From the NCBI RefSeq assembly GCF_000260965.1, contig NC_017856.1:1170001-1202000 (forward strand): a stretch of 32,000 nucleotides of DNA. Reading direction: 5' to 3'. This DNA is from Methylophaga frappieri. Lineage in GTDB: Bacteria > Pseudomonadota > Gammaproteobacteria > Nitrosococcales > Methylophagaceae. Below, in pieces: positions 1 through 9,174 of this stretch. Every line of letters starts with the position of its first letter. Position 1 is the stretch's first letter. A program made the translations under genes and the position numbers. The notes below the pieces were generated by a model. It was not told the origin of the DNA. It was given only the letters and a program-made list of their open reading frames with translations, and made no database searches.

Positions 1-486
1 CCCACTAATGTGTATAGCGACAAGGCCGAGCAATATCCAAGCTGAATAAGTATGTAACTCTCCCCAAAATTCATTCATCTCTTCGTCAGCAGGGAAAAGA
101 CGGGGAATATCAACCAACCACCAGACAGTTGTATCCCAACGGGTATGTGCTGATGACAAAAATCCAGTCACACAGACAGCAAGAATAAACACGTAGATAG
201 CAACATGCCCCCATAGCGCTAACTTGTATGCCCAAGGCTTCATGTCACTATCAGATGGTTGAGCCGGTCTATACTTAAGGCGCATATAGAGCAGAACAGC
301 TAATAATAAAATTAACGTAATGCCAATATTTTTGTGTAGCTGAAATGGAAATGCTCGAAATTGTAACTCTGCTGATGGCAAGGGTAACCCCATCATCCAC
401 CAGCTAGAAATAAATAAGAAAAAAATGGACACGGCGATAAGCCAGTGAACAATAACCGATGTTCTATTAAACCCTTCTCTTTGCAT
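1..486 (-). CDS. cytochrome b561 family protein (CybB/YodB-like di-haem membrane cytochrome), C-terminal end cut by the window edge
   Basis: Not in the supplied ORF track because it runs off the window. Manual translation from ATG 486..484 gives 162 codons open to base 1: MQREGFNRTSVIVHWLIAVSIFFLFISSWWMMGLPLPSAELQFRAFPFQLHKNIGITLILLLAVLLYMRLKYRP...ALWGHVAIYVFILAVCVTGF...EFWGELHTYSAWILLGLVAIHISG. The His contexts (VIVHWL, QLHKNIG, LWGHVAIY, ELHT...AIH) are colinear with E. coli CybB (ISIHWL, MIHVSCG...RLKY, HLGHLVIY, SWHE...GLH). Confidence 0.8.
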   Translation of the reverse strand, partial: MQREGFNRTSVIVHWLIAVSIFFLFISSWWMMGLPLPSAELQFRAFPFQLHKNIGITLILLLAVLLYMRLKYRPAQPSDSDMKPWAYKLALWGHVAIYVFILAVCVTGFLSSAHTRWDTTVWWLVDIPRLFPADEEMNEFWGELHTYSAWILLGLVAIHISG

Positions 487-534
487 ATTCTTCACCCGAA
501 ATCAATATGAGGTCTTCAAAAAGCGAGCAAACGC

Positions 535-1089
535 TCAACCTTTAGCCATTTCAGCATTTCTACCGGCAATTGCGCCTACCACCATCATGGCGTGCAAAAT
601 TAACCACAACAGCACACTCCACAAATACGCATCACGCAGAATTGGCCCTGTATTGACCACGACAGCAAACTGCAATAAATCAATTACTGCAAGACAGGAA
701 AAGACCGAAATAGCCCCAACGACGGACCAGTTAGTGAAATTCACTAAAGCACCGCCAACGATAATGGATAAAAATGCTAAAACAACACCCGCGACTGACA
801 GAATCATCATGGCACTTGGAAACCAATCTGGCATCGCAAGGGCGATACCAGCCACATGATCAACGAGATATTCACATTCAGCCAGAGTTAACCCTTCTTC
901 CTCTAGCTCTTCTTCCGGGCAATCAGCTTCTGGCATTATCCCGGAAGCAGGCATATTGCCTTGAATGACCGATTGTTTCATTAATTCGTTACCGTGCATG
1001 CCTGTTAAAAAAACGCCGAGCATTATTGCGATAACGCCGAGAATACTGGCCCAGTTAGGGTTTCCAGCCTGACTTCGACTCTCTTCCAT
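535..1089 (-). CDS. hypothetical 4-TM membrane protein with an acidic Cys-containing loop
   Basis: 184-codon ORF with an ATG start. Four hydrophobic helices are visible (WASILGVIAIMLGVFLTGM; SAMMILSVAGVVLAFLSIIVGGALV; VVGAISVFSCLAVIDLLQFAVVV; LWSVLLWLILHAMMVVGAIAG), plus the loop EADCPEEELEEEGLTLAECEY. No family recognised. It ends 48 nt upstream of the cytochrome b561 start on the same strand. Confidence 0.6.
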   Translation of the reverse strand: MEESRSQAGNPNWASILGVIAIMLGVFLTGMHGNELMKQSVIQGNMPASGIMPEADCPEEELEEEGLTLAECEYLVDHVAGIALAMPDWFPSAMMILSVAGVVLAFLSIIVGGALVNFTNWSVVGAISVFSCLAVIDLLQFAVVVNTGPILRDAYLWSVLLWLILHAMMVVGAIAGRNAEMAKG

Positions 1090-1507
1090 AAAACACCTAT
1101 TTTTATAATTTATTTTTTATGTCCTGCGCGGACACATCTCTCACATTGAGGAACATTACCCAAGCAATAATGGATTAACAAGCTCCATTGTGTTTAACAC
1201 GAGACTGTCTTTTATTACTCTGTGTTCCCTAGCTTAACTTAACAAAATTTGAGCAGATAGGTGATACCTCTTCACGAAATTCAGGAATATTTCCTAACAA
1301 ATGTATTAAAAAAATAGGGATAAAAAATAAAAACCCTAGGCAAGGCAGTCAAAATGGTCAAAGAAGTTGGGAACAAATCATGACGATGCCATTGTAAGTA
1401 GCTCAGCTAGAGGCAACAGCTCAATCAGGAAAATGAAAGTGTGCGTTTAAGGGATTCTTAACGAATTCAGTTCTTGTCGCTACATCAACGAGACAATTCT
1501 TCTATGC

Positions 1508-2779
1508 CTATTTAAGTTTCTCAAGACCAAAAAACCGTAATAGAACTCGATCTATTTTTGTCGTCGTTATTCCGCGGCGCATGCAAAATAAAAAATATTT
1601 TTCAAAAAGAATTTTTATTGAACGAACCCAGCGGCCTTTTTTTACCCATACCCGGTTACGCGGCGGGATTTGCGGCACCGCAATAAAAGCCGCACCGGTG
1701 TGCCCAATATCTGCTAAACACACCGCATTCCAGCTCGCTTCGTAAGAAGCCGGCTGGCTGGCTATTTCGGCAATGATATTGTTGACTGCCGCTTTGGTCA
1801 TCGTTTCAATCATGAAGCCGGTTTTAGGGACCCCGACAGGCAGCGCAGTGCCATTAACGGCCGGAATATCGATACACACGCCAACACCAAAAACATTGGA
1901 AAATGCCAGGCTACGCTGACAGGCATCGACTCTCAAAAAACCACGTGAATTGACTGCCGGTGCACCCAGTGCTGCCACACAAGCGACACCGCGAAATGCC
2001 GGTATCAACATGGTGAACTTGCTCGGCAACGTTACCCTGCGCTGTATTTTGGCCTGTTGGTCCAGTTGTTCAACCATGACCTTATCCGTGCTTAAATTAA
2101 TGATGCGACTGTTATCAAGCCAGTCAATGTCGTTGGCACGAAATTCGGATTCAAACAGCGCTTTGGAATCCCCCACTCCACCAAGCCCAAGATGACCGAT
2201 GTAAGGCTCAGAAGTGACAAACGTCATCGGTACCTTATCGCGCAGACCGGCTTTTCTGAGCGCATGGTTTACCATCATCACATATTCGTAGGCCGGACCA
2301 AAACAAGACGCACCTTGAACAGCACCAATCACGACCGGACCCGGATCAGCCAAAAATGTCTGCCAGTTTTTATAAGTGGTCTCAGCATGATCTACCGTAC
2401 ACACCGAATGGCTATAACGAGCCGGACCAAAGCCGGGAATAGCCTCAAAATCGAGTGCCGCGCCTGTCGCAACAATCAAATAATCGTAATCCAGTGTGCT
2501 CCCGTCGCTGAGATCAAGCTGGTTTCGTGTTGCATAAATACGATTGACACCACAATCATAAAAACCGATTTTCTTGGTCGCCAATACCGGCGCCAAGGCA
2601 AACTGAATGTCCGCTGGTTTTCGCCAGCCCAGCGCAACCCACGGATTACTGGGGACAAAATGAAAATTTGGTGTATTGCTGACAACGGTTATTTGATGTT
2701 GGCTGCCGAGTCGCGAACGCAACTCATATGCAGCCGGTAAACCACCTGTGCTGGCACCGATAATAATAATATGCGCCAT
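1508..2779 (-). CDS. sqr: sulfide:quinone oxidoreductase, type I
   Basis: 423 aa with the N-terminal FAD fold IIIIGASTGGLPAA. It is colinear by eye with Acidithiobacillus ferrooxidans/Aquifex SQR, including the three conserved Cys contexts SVCTVDH, GASCFGPAYEY and AVCLADIG. The C-terminal amphipathic tail (RWVRSIKILFEKYF) matches the SQR membrane anchor. Confidence 0.88.
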   Translation of the reverse strand: MAHIIIIGASTGGLPAAYELRSRLGSQHQITVVSNTPNFHFVPSNPWVALGWRKPADIQFALAPVLATKKIGFYDCGVNRIYATRNQLDLSDGSTLDYDYLIVATGAALDFEAIPGFGPARYSHSVCTVDHAETTYKNWQTFLADPGPVVIGAVQGASCFGPAYEYVMMVNHALRKAGLRDKVPMTFVTSEPYIGHLGLGGVGDSKALFESEFRANDIDWLDNSRIINLSTDKVMVEQLDQQAKIQRRVTLPSKFTMLIPAFRGVACVAALGAPAVNSRGFLRVDACQRSLAFSNVFGVGVCIDIPAVNGTALPVGVPKTGFMIETMTKAAVNNIIAEIASQPASYEASWNAVCLADIGHTGAAFIAVPQIPPRNRVWVKKGRWVRSIKILFEKYFLFCMRRGITTTKIDRVLLRFFGLEKLK

Positions 2780-2785
2780 CGCTAA

Positions 2786-3682
2786 TCAGTGCAGTGTCTT
2801 GGAATCGCTTTGAATGGTCATTGGGTCACTAAATAGTCCCGCGACATCAACTTCGTCAAACTGATAATGGGTATTGCAAAACTCACAGGCGAGTTCGACG
2901 TAACCATTTTCCTGAAGAATATCGTCTGCTTCTGCTTTGCCCAGCAATTTAATCGTATCGGCAACGCGCTGGCGCGAACAAGTGCAGGCAAACTCCAACA
3001 TGGTTGTGCTCAATAATCGCACCGTTTCTTCATGAAACAGGCGGTGAAGCAGCGTCACAGCATCCAGCTGCAACAATTCATCCCGTGTCAACGTGGCAGC
3101 CAGGTGATTGAGTCGGCGCCAGTCTTCATCGATCTTATTGGGATCCTGCTCCGGTAACTGCTGCAGCATCAAACCGCCCGCTGTTTGCTGATCTGTATGT
3201 AACCAGATCCGCGTATGTAACTGTTCTGATCGAGCAAAATAGGTTTCTAATGCCCCGGCGACGGAATTTTCATCAATACTGACAACACCCTGATAGGGCT
3301 GTTTGACACCATTTTGTTCAATTGTCAGCACCAGCGTGCCACCGGCAAGCATCGTTTGCAAATCCGCATCATCAGCAATATCGTCTTGCCAGTTGGCCAG
3401 TCCACGCAACGTATGATCGCTGGTGCATTCCACCATCAATAACGAAACGGGCCCTTCGCTTCGACATTGCAATACCAGCCGACCATCCAACTTGACTGTC
3501 TCGGCCAGCAAAGCCGCCGCAGCCAGCAACTCGCCCAACACCGAAGCAACTGCCGGGGGATAGTCGCGTTGCGCCTTGACCGTCTGCCAGGTTTGCCGAA
3601 GCTGAATCCACTCACCGCGAACGGCGGCAGAATCGAAAATAAAGCGTTGCAGATGGTCAGCCTGTGTGGCGTCGTCTTGCAT
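2786..3682 (-). CDS. hslO: Hsp33 redox-regulated chaperone
   Basis: 298 aa. The C-terminal zinc-thiolate switch CTCSRQR...CEFCNTHYQF (CxC...CxxC) and the overall layout are colinear with E. coli HslO. Confidence 0.92.
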   Translation of the reverse strand: MQDDATQADHLQRFIFDSAAVRGEWIQLRQTWQTVKAQRDYPPAVASVLGELLAAAALLAETVKLDGRLVLQCRSEGPVSLLMVECTSDHTLRGLANWQDDIADDADLQTMLAGGTLVLTIEQNGVKQPYQGVVSIDENSVAGALETYFARSEQLHTRIWLHTDQQTAGGLMLQQLPEQDPNKIDEDWRRLNHLAATLTRDELLQLDAVTLLHRLFHEETVRLLSTTMLEFACTCSRQRVADTIKLLGKAEADDILQENGYVELACEFCNTHYQFDEVDVAGLFSDPMTIQSDSKTLH

Positions 3683-3721
3683 GATAATGTCCTGATTTTA
3701 ATCTGTTACCCTATTGCCAAC

Positions 3722-3752
3722 AAAAAAATGCCGGCGCTATGACCGGCATTTT
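3722..3752 (-). terminator. intrinsic terminator downstream of htpG
   Basis: Arms aaaatgccgg (3725..3734) and ccggcatttt (3743..3752) flank an 8-nt loop. On the minus strand the stem is followed by a run of seven U (plus-strand A7 at 3722..3728). A second small hairpin accggg/cccggt lies at 3767..3784, right after the htpG stop. Confidence 0.65.
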
Positions 3753-3789
3753 AACGTATTTGCGATACCGGGCGCAGACCCGGTCAGTC

Positions 3790-5697
3790 TCAGGCCTGTT
3801 GTAATAACATGGCGTTCAGTTTTTTGACAAAACTCGCCGGGTCATCCAACTGTCCACCCTCAGCAAGAAGCGCCTGGTCAAACAAAATGGATGTCCAGTC
3901 AGCAAACTTGTCTTCACTGTTTTCATCGTTCAACTTGACCACCATGGGATGCTCTGGATTCAACTCCAAGATTGGCTTGCTGGTTTGTACCTGCTGCCCC
4001 GCTGCTTTGAGCATCCGCTCCAGGTTACCACTCATATCGTAATGATCCGCAACCAGGCAAGCTGGTGAATCGGTCAAACGGTGGGTAATGCGAACCTCCT
4101 TGACCTTGTCACCCAGCGTGGTTTTAACGCGCTCAACTAATCCTTCGAAGTCTTTTTCGACGGCTTCGTGGGCTTTTTTCTCATCTTCATCTTCCAGTTC
4201 ACCCAGATCCAGATCGCCTTTGGCAACGGATTGCAGATGTTTGCCATCAAAATCCGTCAGCGAATTGACCAGCCATTCATCAACACGGTCCGTCAACAGC
4301 AAGACTTCAATGCCTTTTTTCCGAAAGACTTCCAGATGTGGGCTGTTTTTGGCAGCGGCAAAACTTTCTGCCGTGATGTAATAAATCTTGTCCTGCTTTT
4401 CTTGCATGCGACTAACATAGTCCGCCAATGAAACTGTTTGCTCAGCATTGCCCGACTCGGTACTGGCAAAACGTATCAGTTTGGCGAGTGTTTCTTTGTT
4501 AGCAAAATCTTCGCCTGGGCCTTCCTTAATCACCTGACCAAATTCCTGCCAGAATTTGCTGTATTGTTCGGGCGAATTTTCGGCCATTTTTGTCAGTTCA
4601 GAGAGTACTTTTTTCACTGAGGCAGCACGAATGGTGTCGATGGTTTTGCTGCTTTGCAGAATTTCCCGGGACACATTGAGTGGCAAATCATTGGTATCAA
4701 TCACCCCGCGAATAAAGCGCAGGTATCGTGGCATCAGCTGTTCGCTGTCTTCCATAATGAAAACGCGTTTTACATACAATTTGATACCGTGCATGCGATC
4801 CCGATCCCAGAGATCAAATGGGGCACGGGATGGGATGTAAAGTAGCGAGGTGTACTCAATATTGCCTTCGACCTTGTTGTGACTCCAGGTCAGCGGGTCT
4901 TCAAAATCATGGGCAACTTGTTTATAAAATTCATTGTATTGCTCGTCACTGATGTCATTTTTTGACAATGTCCACAGGGCGGTTGCCTTATTGACAGTTT
5001 CAAATTCGATAACACTGTCATCAACCTTGCCCTCTTCGTCCGGAACGGGCTCTTTGCGCATGACAATTGGCAAATTAATGTGATCCGAATATTTGCTGAT
5101 AATGTTGCGCAAACGCCAGCCGTTGAGAAACTCATCTTCGCCTTCACGCAGGTGCAGGGTGATTTCGGTACCTCGTTTTGGCAATTCAATCGTTTCAATG
5201 GTGAATTCGCCTTCACCAGCAGACTCCCAAATCACGCCTAGGTCGGCTGATTCACCAGCACGCCGTGTTTTCAAAGTCACTTTATCGGCGACAATAAAGG
5301 CAGAATAAAAGCCTACCCCAAACTGGCCGATTAACTGTGAATCTTTGGCCTCATCACCGGTCAGCTTGCCAAAAAAAGCCTTGGTGCCACTGCGCGCAAT
5401 GGTGCCGATATTTTCAATGACTTCCTGACGGGTCATGCCAATACCATTATCAGAAACCGTTACCGTGCGGGCATCGGCATCAAAATCGACATTGATTTGC
5501 AGGGTCGCGTCGTCTTCATAAAGCTTATCGTCAGATAAGGCTTCAAAACGTAATTTATCCGCCGCATCGGCAGCATTCGATACTAACTCCCGCAAAAAAA
5601 TTTCTTTGTTGCTGTAGAGCGAGTTAATCATCAGATTCAGTAATTGTTTGACTTCCGTTTGGAAGCCCATGGTTTCTTTGTGCGCATCAATGCCCAT
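3790..5697 (-). CDS. htpG: molecular chaperone HtpG (Hsp90)
   Basis: 635 aa. N-terminal GHKL ATPase motifs ([30 protein letters not shown]) and full-length colinearity with bacterial HtpG. Confidence 0.97.
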   Translation of the reverse strand: MGIDAHKETMGFQTEVKQLLNLMINSLYSNKEIFLRELVSNAADAADKLRFEALSDDKLYEDDATLQINVDFDADARTVTVSDNGIGMTRQEVIENIGTIARSGTKAFFGKLTGDEAKDSQLIGQFGVGFYSAFIVADKVTLKTRRAGESADLGVIWESAGEGEFTIETIELPKRGTEITLHLREGEDEFLNGWRLRNIISKYSDHINLPIVMRKEPVPDEEGKVDDSVIEFETVNKATALWTLSKNDISDEQYNEFYKQVAHDFEDPLTWSHNKVEGNIEYTSLLYIPSRAPFDLWDRDRMHGIKLYVKRVFIMEDSEQLMPRYLRFIRGVIDTNDLPLNVSREILQSSKTIDTIRAASVKKVLSELTKMAENSPEQYSKFWQEFGQVIKEGPGEDFANKETLAKLIRFASTESGNAEQTVSLADYVSRMQEKQDKIYYITAESFAAAKNSPHLEVFRKKGIEVLLLTDRVDEWLVNSLTDFDGKHLQSVAKGDLDLGELEDEDEKKAHEAVEKDFEGLVERVKTTLGDKVKEVRITHRLTDSPACLVADHYDMSGNLERMLKAAGQQVQTSKPILELNPEHPMVVKLNDENSEDKFADWTSILFDQALLAEGGQLDDPASFVKKLNAMLLQQA

Positions 5698-5742
5698 TAT
5701 TTTTCAGTCTCCATTTTGGCCATTTTTAAAACGATATGCCCC

Positions 5743-5771
5743 AAATGGGGTTAATCCATTTAAATATCAAG
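5743..5771 (-). promoter_or_regulatory. sigma-32 (RpoH) type heat-shock promoter for htpG
   Basis: The minus strand reads CTTGATA (5771..5765), a 14-nt spacer, then CCCCATTT (5750..5743). The consensus is CTTGAAA-N13-15-CCCCATNT. The -10 element lies 46 nt upstream of the htpG ATG. Confidence 0.6.
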
Positions 5772-5887
5772 CCATTTTTTTAATGGCTTTGGCCAAGTAG
5801 TAAAAGACTTGATAAATTGATGCACAGAACCAATCTGCTTTAATTGAGTCAGCAAACCGGTCGGTCATTCAATCAACGAGGAGGAAA

Positions 5888-6418
5888 ATGATGCGAGGAA
5901 TTCTGGTGAGCAGCCTGTTAGTAGCCAGCTTTTCAGTGATGGCTAACACAGCAAACAAGAGCAGCATCCCCACGTCCAGCAACCAACCCGTACTCGGTCA
6001 CGAAGAGAAAGCCATGTTGTATCCCGGTGGCATCGAAGTGCCTGCCCGCATAGATACTGGCGCGACGACCAACTCACTGTATGGCATCAATACCAGAGAA
6101 ATCCAAAAGAACGGTACCCGGTATTTACGATTTACTTTTATCGATCACCACGGTGATACACATGAAATGACGCAACCATTACTGGATGAAATCACGGTGG
6201 TTCAAGCCAGTGGCGAACAAACTCGCTATGTCGTCGAAATGGGGCTATGTGTCGGGAATTATTTCGAAAAAACCCGCTTTACGGTTGCCGATCGAAGCCG
6301 GATGACTTTTCCGGTATTGGTGGGAAGAAATTATCTGGACAATACCTTGCTGGTGAGCTCATCAGAAAAAAACACCGTTACGCCGAATTGTGACGATCAG
6401 TTAGCTCTGCAGGATTAA
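5888..6418 (+). CDS. retropepsin-like aspartic protease family protein (DUF785 / putative ATP-dependent zinc protease family) with signal peptide
   Basis: 176 aa. AGGAGG lies upstream of the ATG, and the N-terminal signal sequence is MMRGILVSSLLVASFSVMA. Motifs ARIDTGATTNSL (D-T-G-A) and FPVLVGRNYL are typical of PF05618-type proteins. Confidence 0.7.
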   Translation: MMRGILVSSLLVASFSVMANTANKSSIPTSSNQPVLGHEEKAMLYPGGIEVPARIDTGATTNSLYGINTREIQKNGTRYLRFTFIDHHGDTHEMTQPLLDEITVVQASGEQTRYVVEMGLCVGNYFEKTRFTVADRSRMTFPVLVGRNYLDNTLLVSSSEKNTVTPNCDDQLALQD

Positions 6419-6532
6419 CATCCGTTTGCACTGATTAGAGCCTTGTCTAGCATTGACCGGTAATTGACGCTGTCATACGAATAAACCGTCTGAAATGCTA
6501 AAGTAGCCTTTTATAAGACTGACCGAGATCGC

Positions 6533-7285
6533 ATGGCAACCAATCAGCTGCGCATACTGACTTACAATCTGCACAAAGGCTTCAATGCTGGCAATCGCCA
6601 ATTTATTTTGCATCAGATGCGTGATGCGATTAATGAAACAGAAGCAGATATTTTGTTGCTTCAGGAGATTCAAGGGGAGCATTTAACCCATCAACAAAAC
6701 CATCAGCGCTGGCCGGATTGCCCCCATTGCGAGTTTATCGCGCAGGATATCTGGCCTCATTTCGCTTATGCCAAAAATGCGGTTTACAACGTCGGCCACC
6801 ATGGCAATGCGATTTTAAGTAAATTTCCGCTGGTGCGTTGGGAAAACATCAATATTTCACCCTACAGCTGGGCAAGTCGGAGTATTTTGCACGGCGTCAT
6901 TAACCTGCCTGGCAGCCAAACAGAATTACACATTATCTGTATTCACTTAGGCTTAACTGCGGGTGAGCGTAGAAAACAATTTATTCAGCTGTGTGAACGC
7001 ATTGATGCCCATGTTCCCCACACCGCACCACTGATTGTGGCCGGCGATTTCAATGATTGGGGAGAACAAGCCGAAAAACATCTGAATCAACACTTAAATC
7101 TGCAGGAAGCTTATCGCACGCTGCATAAACGTCATGCCCGCACCTGGCCTGCCTGGATGCCGATGTTCAAAATGGACCGAATTTACTATCGTGGTCTCGA
7201 ACCCGTTTTGTGTGAAAGACCACCAAGGCGGGATTGGCACAATTTGTCAGACCATGCTCCATTAATTGCCGCTTTTGAGTTCTAA
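6533..7285 (+). CDS. endonuclease/exonuclease/phosphatase (EEP) family protein, YbhP-like
   Basis: 250 aa with EEP-fold motifs LRILTYNLHKG, DILLLQEIQG, VAGDFNDWG and LSDHAPLIAAF. Length and layout resemble E. coli YbhP. Confidence 0.8.
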   Translation: MATNQLRILTYNLHKGFNAGNRQFILHQMRDAINETEADILLLQEIQGEHLTHQQNHQRWPDCPHCEFIAQDIWPHFAYAKNAVYNVGHHGNAILSKFPLVRWENINISPYSWASRSILHGVINLPGSQTELHIICIHLGLTAGERRKQFIQLCERIDAHVPHTAPLIVAGDFNDWGEQAEKHLNQHLNLQEAYRTLHKRHARTWPAWMPMFKMDRIYYRGLEPVLCERPPRRDWHNLSDHAPLIAAFEF

Positions 7286-8070
7286 ACAGCTTCCCGTGTT
7301 GCCAACACATCGTAGTGAAATCCTTTACCCAGCGGATAAAAGTGGGCAAAACCGGCATCTGCCAGTTGTTGACGAATCTGTTCAGGACAGGACCAACGCG
7401 CGTCCACTTCATAAAATACCGCCGCGGCTCGGTGCAAAACACCGGATTTAGCCAACTCATCGATCACGGTGTTTTCAAAACCTTCCACATCAATTTTGAT
7501 AATGGCGCGTTCCACAAAACGAAACAAACTGCGCAAATTTGCTGCATTAATGCTGTGTATTGATTCGTAAAGTCGACTTTTGGGTGCAGATTGTGAGCGT
7601 AATGATGCCCCACCGCTGTGCCCCTTTTTCAGCGTTATCTGCATTTTTCCCTGCTGATTTGTGATGGCAGCCTGATAAGCCAAGGTTTTACTAGCTGCAC
7701 CGTTCATTTTCAGATTGTCATTAAGATACTGAAAATTATCACTGACCGGTTCAAAAGCAAAAACCTGCTGACAACAGGCACTTCGGGCCGCCAACAAACT
7801 GTATAAACCCTGATTGGCGCCAATATCGATAAAACTGAAAGGACGACATTGGCTTGCCAGAAAATCGGATAAAGCCTTTCCATAAACACCAAGTATGCAA
7901 AAGTGGAAGGTGGCATCTGTCCAGCGTGTTCTCAGATAAACACCATATTGGGAACGCACGTAATGCTGTCGATCCACAATAACAAAGCGCGCCTGAAACG
8001 GCCCCGTTGGTTGCGCAGCGTTAGCCGGTGTTTCTGATGTTTTTTTTAAGCCGTTCAGCCAGCCAAACAT
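7282..8070 (-). CDS. FkbM family SAM-dependent methyltransferase
   Basis: 262 aa. SAM-binding motif FIDIGANQGLYSL and IKIDVEGFE, both typical of the FkbM family. Its stop overlaps the EEP gene stop by 4 nt (ctaa at 7282..7285). Confidence 0.75.
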   Translation of the reverse strand: MFGWLNGLKKTSETPANAAQPTGPFQARFVIVDRQHYVRSQYGVYLRTRWTDATFHFCILGVYGKALSDFLASQCRPFSFIDIGANQGLYSLLAARSACCQQVFAFEPVSDNFQYLNDNLKMNGAASKTLAYQAAITNQQGKMQITLKKGHSGGASLRSQSAPKSRLYESIHSINAANLRSLFRFVERAIIKIDVEGFENTVIDELAKSGVLHRAAAVFYEVDARWSCPEQIRQQLADAGFAHFYPLGKGFHYDVLATREAV

Positions 8071-8169
8071 TGCCCCGTCCTTTATTTAGAGGTAATCGTT
8101 ATGCTAGCGTTGTTTTGTGACAGTTTTATGGGTTAAAGGACGCTTACGTTGCCGTGACCAACCAAGTCC

Positions 8170-8874
8170 TCAAATATCACGGCTTCCGGCTTGGTTGGTC
8201 AGCCAGCCCTTAAGGAGCGTCTTCATCGCGGCATTGGCTGCCTGATAAGTGGCAACCGGCGTATGACTCAGATCCTGACTGTTTTGGACAAATGTTCCGG
8301 GGGTGAGATCTTCATAGCAATGGTCTAATAATGCGTCGACCAGTTCAGGTGTGGTTTCCAGATGAAATTGCAAGCCAATGACATGCTGCTGGTAGCGAAA
8401 AGCTTGATGTTGGCAGCCGTCACTGCTTGCCAGCAGCGTTGCCGAGTCAGGAACATCAAACATTTCACCATGCCAGTGAAAGGCCGTGAAGGTCGCTGGC
8501 AGCACTGTCGTATCTGACTCACGTTTTACAGGCCACCAGCCAATTTCTTTGTGCGTTGATGGATATACCCGCGCACCGAGAACACTGGCAATCAATTGCG
8601 CGCCAAGACAAATACCAAGCACCGGTTTTCCCGCATCAATCATACTGCGAATAAACTGTTTTTCCGGCACCAACCACGAATAATGCCTGTCATCATTAGC
8701 ACTCATTGGCCCGCCCATCACAATCAGCGCATCCACTTGTTCTATCTCAGGCAACGTAAACTGATTATTCAGATGATGCTGCGTAATATCATACTGTTGT
8801 GATTCAAGCCATTTCGCAATACTGCCAAGCCCCTCAAAAGGGACATGATGAAAACTATGAACCCGCATGTTCAC
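8170..8874 (-). CDS. class I glutamine amidotransferase (GMP-synthase-like GATase1 domain protein)
   Basis: 234 aa. Nucleophile elbow GICLGAQLIA and His-Glu context LQFHLE of the class I triad. Confidence 0.85.
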   Translation of the reverse strand: MNMRVHSFHHVPFEGLGSIAKWLESQQYDITQHHLNNQFTLPEIEQVDALIVMGGPMSANDDRHYSWLVPEKQFIRSMIDAGKPVLGICLGAQLIASVLGARVYPSTHKEIGWWPVKRESDTTVLPATFTAFHWHGEMFDVPDSATLLASSDGCQHQAFRYQQHVIGLQFHLETTPELVDALLDHCYEDLTPGTFVQNSQDLSHTPVATYQAANAAMKTLLKGWLTNQAGSRDI

Positions 8875-8985
8875 CTCGCCACTCGCTTAATCCTGTTAAC
8901 TGGATTATAAAAGCACAATTTGCCTGATTGGAACGACAACAGGCATACTCAATTTGCTTTTTAACATTAAACCAAGGATAAGCCC

Positions 8986-9135
8986 ATGACTATTGCACTG
9001 ACGCCTCTGCTCTCCCTTATCGCTGGCATTCTAATTCTGGTCGTGCCCAGACTGTTAAATTACATTGTCGCCATCTATCTGATTGTTATCGGTGTGGTTG
9101 GTTTATTTGGCGGTAATTTGAATCTGGGCGTTTGA
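8986..9135 (+). CDS. small membrane protein, DUF3096-like (49 aa)
   Basis: Below the ORF-track size cutoff. AAGGA lies 7 nt upstream of ATG 8986. Translation: MTIALTPLLSLIAGILILVVPRLLNYIVAIYLIVIGVVGLFGGNLNLGV, two hydrophobic helices resembling DUF3096 proteins as I recall them. A hairpin follows. Confidence 0.5.
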   Translation: MTIALTPLLSLIAGILILVVPRLLNYIVAIYLIVIGVVGLFGGNLNLGV

Positions 9136-9155
9136 AACCATAGTACAAATATAAG

Positions 9156-9174
9156 ACGGGCCAAAACGGCCCGT
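9156..9174. terminator. hairpin shared by two convergent genes (possible bidirectional terminator)
   Basis: Stem acgggcc (9156..9162) / ggcccgt (9168..9174) with loop aaaac, followed by ttt on the plus strand. It sits between the DUF3096 stop (9135) and the stop of the minus-strand gene (9175). The U-tract is weak in both directions. Confidence 0.4.

Noticed and set aside
2192-2740. 182-aa ORF on the plus strand
   Set aside because: It is antisense within sqr, which has strong full-length homology. There is no motif or RBS support.
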